Positions 61,225 to 64,000 of a stretch of DNA of 64,000 bases are shown one piece after another. A model generated the notes under the pieces. The model saw nothing but the letters and a program-made list of their open reading frames with translations, was not told the origin of the DNA and ran no database searches. Source of the stretch: Alphaproteobacteria bacterium. Its GTDB lineage: Bacteria > Pseudomonadota > Alphaproteobacteria > UBA828. How positions within the stretch are numbered: the first letter of the stretch is position 1; every line of letters begins with the position of its first letter. The stretch spans positions 384,001 through 448,000 of the forward strand of contig CBDCRW010000005.1 of assembly GCA_965221125.1 (NCBI GenBank), in the 5' to 3' direction. The position numbers and the translations under genes are program-made.

Positions 61225-62702
61225 TTGCGGCATCCAGCGCGGGCGCGGCAGCAGGCGGCATCAGACCCGACGACGACAAGCTGCGCGAGGAATGCGGGGT
61301 CTTCGGCATCTTCGGGCATCCCGACGCTGCCGCCCACGCGGCACTCGGCCTGCACGCGCTGCAGCACCGGGGCCAAGAATCCGCCGGCATCGTCAGCAGC
61401 GATGGCACGCTCTTCCACTCGCACCGGGCGCTCGGCCGCGTCGGCGACATCTTCTCCTCGGGCGAGGTGATCGACGCGCTCGCGGGCCGCGCCGCCATCG
61501 GCCACAACCGCTACTCCACCCAAGGCGCGCCCGAGGTGCGCAACATCCAGCCGCTCTTCGCCGACATCGCCACCGGCGGGCTCAGCATCGCGCACAACGG
61601 CAATCTCACCAACGCGCTCTCGCTCCGCGCCGATCTCGTCGCCCACGGCTGCATCTTCCAGTCCACGTCGGACACGGAGGTCATCGTCCACCTGATCGCC
61701 ATCAGCCGGCGCGCGCACCTGGTGGAGCGCATGATCGAGGCGCTAGGCCGCGTGCGCGGCGCCTACTCGCTGGTGGCGCTCACCAGGGACTCGATGATCG
61801 GCGTGCGCGATCCCCACGGCGTGCGCCCGCTGGTGCTGGGGCAGCTCGACGGCGCGATGATCCTGGCGTCCGAGACCGTGGCCTTCGACATCATCGGCGC
61901 GAGCGTCGTGCGCGACATCGAGCCGGGCGAGATGGTCATCGTCACCGACGCAGGGGTGGAGAGCATCAAGCCCTTCCGCCCCGCCGCCAAGCGCTTCTGC
62001 ATCTTCGAGTACATCTACTTCGCGCGGCCAGACAGCGTCTCGGAAGGGATCGGCGTCTACGAGGCGAGGCGCCGCATCGGGGCCGAGCTCGCGCGCGAGG
62101 CGCCGGCGCCGGCGGACGTGGTGGTGCCGGTGCCGGATTCCGGCGTGCCGGCCGCCATTGGCTTCGCCGCCGAGGCCGGCCTCCCCTTCGAGCTCGGCAT
62201 CATCCGCAACCACTATGTCGGGCGCACCTTCATCGAGCCCACGGACCGGATCAGGCACCTCGGCGTGAAGCTCAAGCACAACGCCAACCGCCAGCTCATC
62301 GAAGGCCGGCGGGTCGTGCTCGTCGACGACAGCATCGTGCGCGGCACCACGTCGACCAAGATCGTGGAGATGGTGCGCTCGGTGGGCGCCAGCTCGGTCC
62401 ACATGCGGATCGCGAGCCCGCCCACCGCTCATTCCTGCTTCTACGGCGTCGATACGCCGGCGCGCGAGAAGCTTCTCGCCGCGCGTCACGACGTGGACGC
62501 CATGGCGCGCTCCATCGGCGTGGACAGCCTCGCCTTCCTGAGCATCGACGGCCTCTACCGGGCCATGGGCGAGCCGGGCCGGGATCCCGAGCGGCCCGCC
62601 TATTGCGACGCCTGCTTCTCCGGCGACTACCCGATCCCGCTTTCGGATCACGAGGTCGGCGAGCCGCCGTCGCAGCTCTCCCTGCTCGCGGAATCGGGAT
62701 AG
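61221..62702 (+). CDS. purF: Amidophosphoribosyltransferase
   Basis: EECGVFG, QHRGQE, GHNRYST, CIFEYIYFARPDS, VDDSIVRGTT. Confidence 0.96.
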   Translation: MIAASSAGAAAGGIRPDDDKLREECGVFGIFGHPDAAAHAALGLHALQHRGQESAGIVSSDGTLFHSHRALGRVGDIFSSGEVIDALAGRAAIGHNRYSTQGAPEVRNIQPLFADIATGGLSIAHNGNLTNALSLRADLVAHGCIFQSTSDTEVIVHLIAISRRAHLVERMIEALGRVRGAYSLVALTRDSMIGVRDPHGVRPLVLGQLDGAMILASETVAFDIIGASVVRDIEPGEMVIVTDAGVESIKPFRPAAKRFCIFEYIYFARPDSVSEGIGVYEARRRIGAELAREAPAPADVVVPVPDSGVPAAIGFAAEAGLPFELGIIRNHYVGRTFIEPTDRIRHLGVKLKHNANRQLIEGRRVVLVDDSIVRGTTSTKIVEMVRSVGASSVHMRIASPPTAHSCFYGVDTPAREKLLAARHDVDAMARSIGVDSLAFLSIDGLYRAMGEPGRDPERPAYCDACFSGDYPIPLSDHEVGEPPSQLSLLAESG

Positions 62703-62710
62703 CCGCTGCC

Positions 62711-63424
62711 GTGACGGCGCCGCGTCTCGAAGGCCGGATCGCGCTCGTCACCGGCGCCTCGCGCGGCATCGGCGCGGCCGTCGCCCGCCGCTTCGCGGCC
62801 GAGGGTGCGCGGCTCGTCCTCGTGGCCCGCACCAGCGGCGGCCTGGAGGAGGTCGACGACGCCGTCCAGCGCGCATCGGGAGAGCCCGCGACGCTCGTGC
62901 CCATGGACCTCCGCGACGGCGAGAAGATCGACCGTCTGGGCGCTGCGCTCGCCGAGCGTTTCGGCCGCCTCGACATCCTCGTCGCCAACGCAGGCGTCCT
63001 GGGCCAGCTGAGCCCGGTCGGCCATTACGCGCCGGACGACTGGGAGGCGACGCTCGCGCTCAACCTCGGCGCGAACTGGCGCCTGATCCGGAGCCTCGAC
63101 CCCCTGCTGCGCGCCTCGCCTGCGGGCCGAGCGATCTTCGTCACCGCCGCCGCAGCGCAGGACTCGCCCGCCTTCTGGGGCCCCTATGCTGCGAGCAAGG
63201 CGGGGCTCGAGGCGCTGGTGCGCTGCTATGCGGCGGAGGTCCGGCGCAGCCCGCTCCGCGTCAACCTGCTCGAGCCCGGCCCGGTGGCGACCGAGCTCCG
63301 CCGCCGCGCCTATCCCGGCGAGGACGCGAGCAAACTGCCCCAGCCGGACGCGGTGACCGAGCCCTTCGTCGCCCTCGCCGAAGCCGCCTGCACCGAGCAC
63401 GGCGCGCGCATCGGCCCGCCCTGA
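62711..63424 (+). CDS. Short-chain dehydrogenase/reductase (YciK-like)
   Basis: VTGASRGIG, ANAG, FWGPYAASKA, RRAYPGED; usual position after purF. Confidence 0.88.
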   Translation: MTAPRLEGRIALVTGASRGIGAAVARRFAAEGARLVLVARTSGGLEEVDDAVQRASGEPATLVPMDLRDGEKIDRLGAALAERFGRLDILVANAGVLGQLSPVGHYAPDDWEATLALNLGANWRLIRSLDPLLRASPAGRAIFVTAAAAQDSPAFWGPYAASKAGLEALVRCYAAEVRRSPLRVNLLEPGPVATELRRRAYPGEDASKLPQPDAVTEPFVALAEAACTEHGARIGPP

Positions 63425-63464
63425 CCCCGCGTCTGCCCGAGCGAGAACAACGGAGCATCGAGCC

Positions 63465-64000
63465 ATGAAGATCGGAATCGTCGGCGCCGGCGCCATGGGC
63501 TGCGTCTACGCGGCGCTCATGGCCGATGCCGGCAACGAGGTCTGGGCCATCGACACCTGGCAGGCCCACGTCGATGCCATCGCGGCCAACGGCCTCCGGC
63601 TCGAGGGCGCGAGCGGCGAGCGCACGGTGCGGATCGGCGCGACCACCGACCCCGCCGCGGTCGGCCCCTGCGATCTCGTCATCATCGCGACCAAGGCCGC
63701 GCAGGTGGAGGCTGCGGCGAGCGGCGCACGCGCCCTGCTCGACCCCGAGACGCCGGTTCTCACCATCCAGAACGGCCTCGGCAGCGCCGCGAAGGTGGCC
63801 CGCGTCCTGGGCGAGCGGCGCGTGACCATCGGCGTGGTCGGCGGCTTCGGCGCCTCGATCAAGGCGCCGGGCCACGCCCACCACAACGGCATGGAGCTGG
63901 TGCGCCTCGGCGAGGCGAACGGCGCGGTGACGCCGCGGCTGGAGCGCATCGCCGCGCTCTGGCGTGACTCGGGCTTCACCGTCAAGTGTTTCGACGACAT
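63465..64000 (+). CDS. panE: 2-dehydropantoate 2-reductase (ketopantoate reductase family), truncated by the window end
   Basis: Manual translation: MKIGIVGAGAMGCVYAA, DLVIIATKA, VLTIQNGLG. Confidence 0.82.
   Translation, partial: MKIGIVGAGAMGCVYAALMADAGNEVWAIDTWQAHVDAIAANGLRLEGASGERTVRIGATTDPAAVGPCDLVIIATKAAQVEAAASGARALLDPETPVLTIQNGLGSAAKVARVLGERRVTIGVVGGFGASIKAPGHAHHNGMELVRLGEANGAVTPRLERIAALWRDSGFTVKCFDD

Overview
64 kb of a GC-rich alphaproteobacterial chromosome, Rhodospirillales/Kiloniellales-like judging by gene order. Core genes: mrcA(partial)-amiC, metW-metX, chorismate mutase-hisC-tyrA, dapB, xseA, mmsB, rpsF-rpsR-rplI-cfa-dnaB-mlaE-mlaF-radA-cvpA-purF and panE(partial). These are interleaved with accessory catabolic and transport genes: a TRAP system, two sugar-type ABC systems, SDRs, a haloacetate dehalogenase, an aryl-CoA ligase, a GMC oxidoreductase and a Mo-oxidoreductase. 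There is also a divergent urease-like operon (fused gamma-beta, alpha, ureD; no ureEFG in the window). Two apparently identical 1167-bp IS5-family elements lie in inverted orientation, each in the loop of a DNA hairpin. The most striking non-coding signal is a dense set of structured repeats. Family A has about 10 full or partial modular palindromic elements with covarying stems and C-GNA-G triloops, mostly sitting on stop codons. Family B is a TA-flanked MITE; one copy has split the 5' end of mlaF yet supplies a new in-frame start. There is also a REP-like doublet and a 10-bp-period tandem array. I found no rRNA, tRNA or CRISPR array. All calls rest on motifs and synteny read by eye; no database searches were run.
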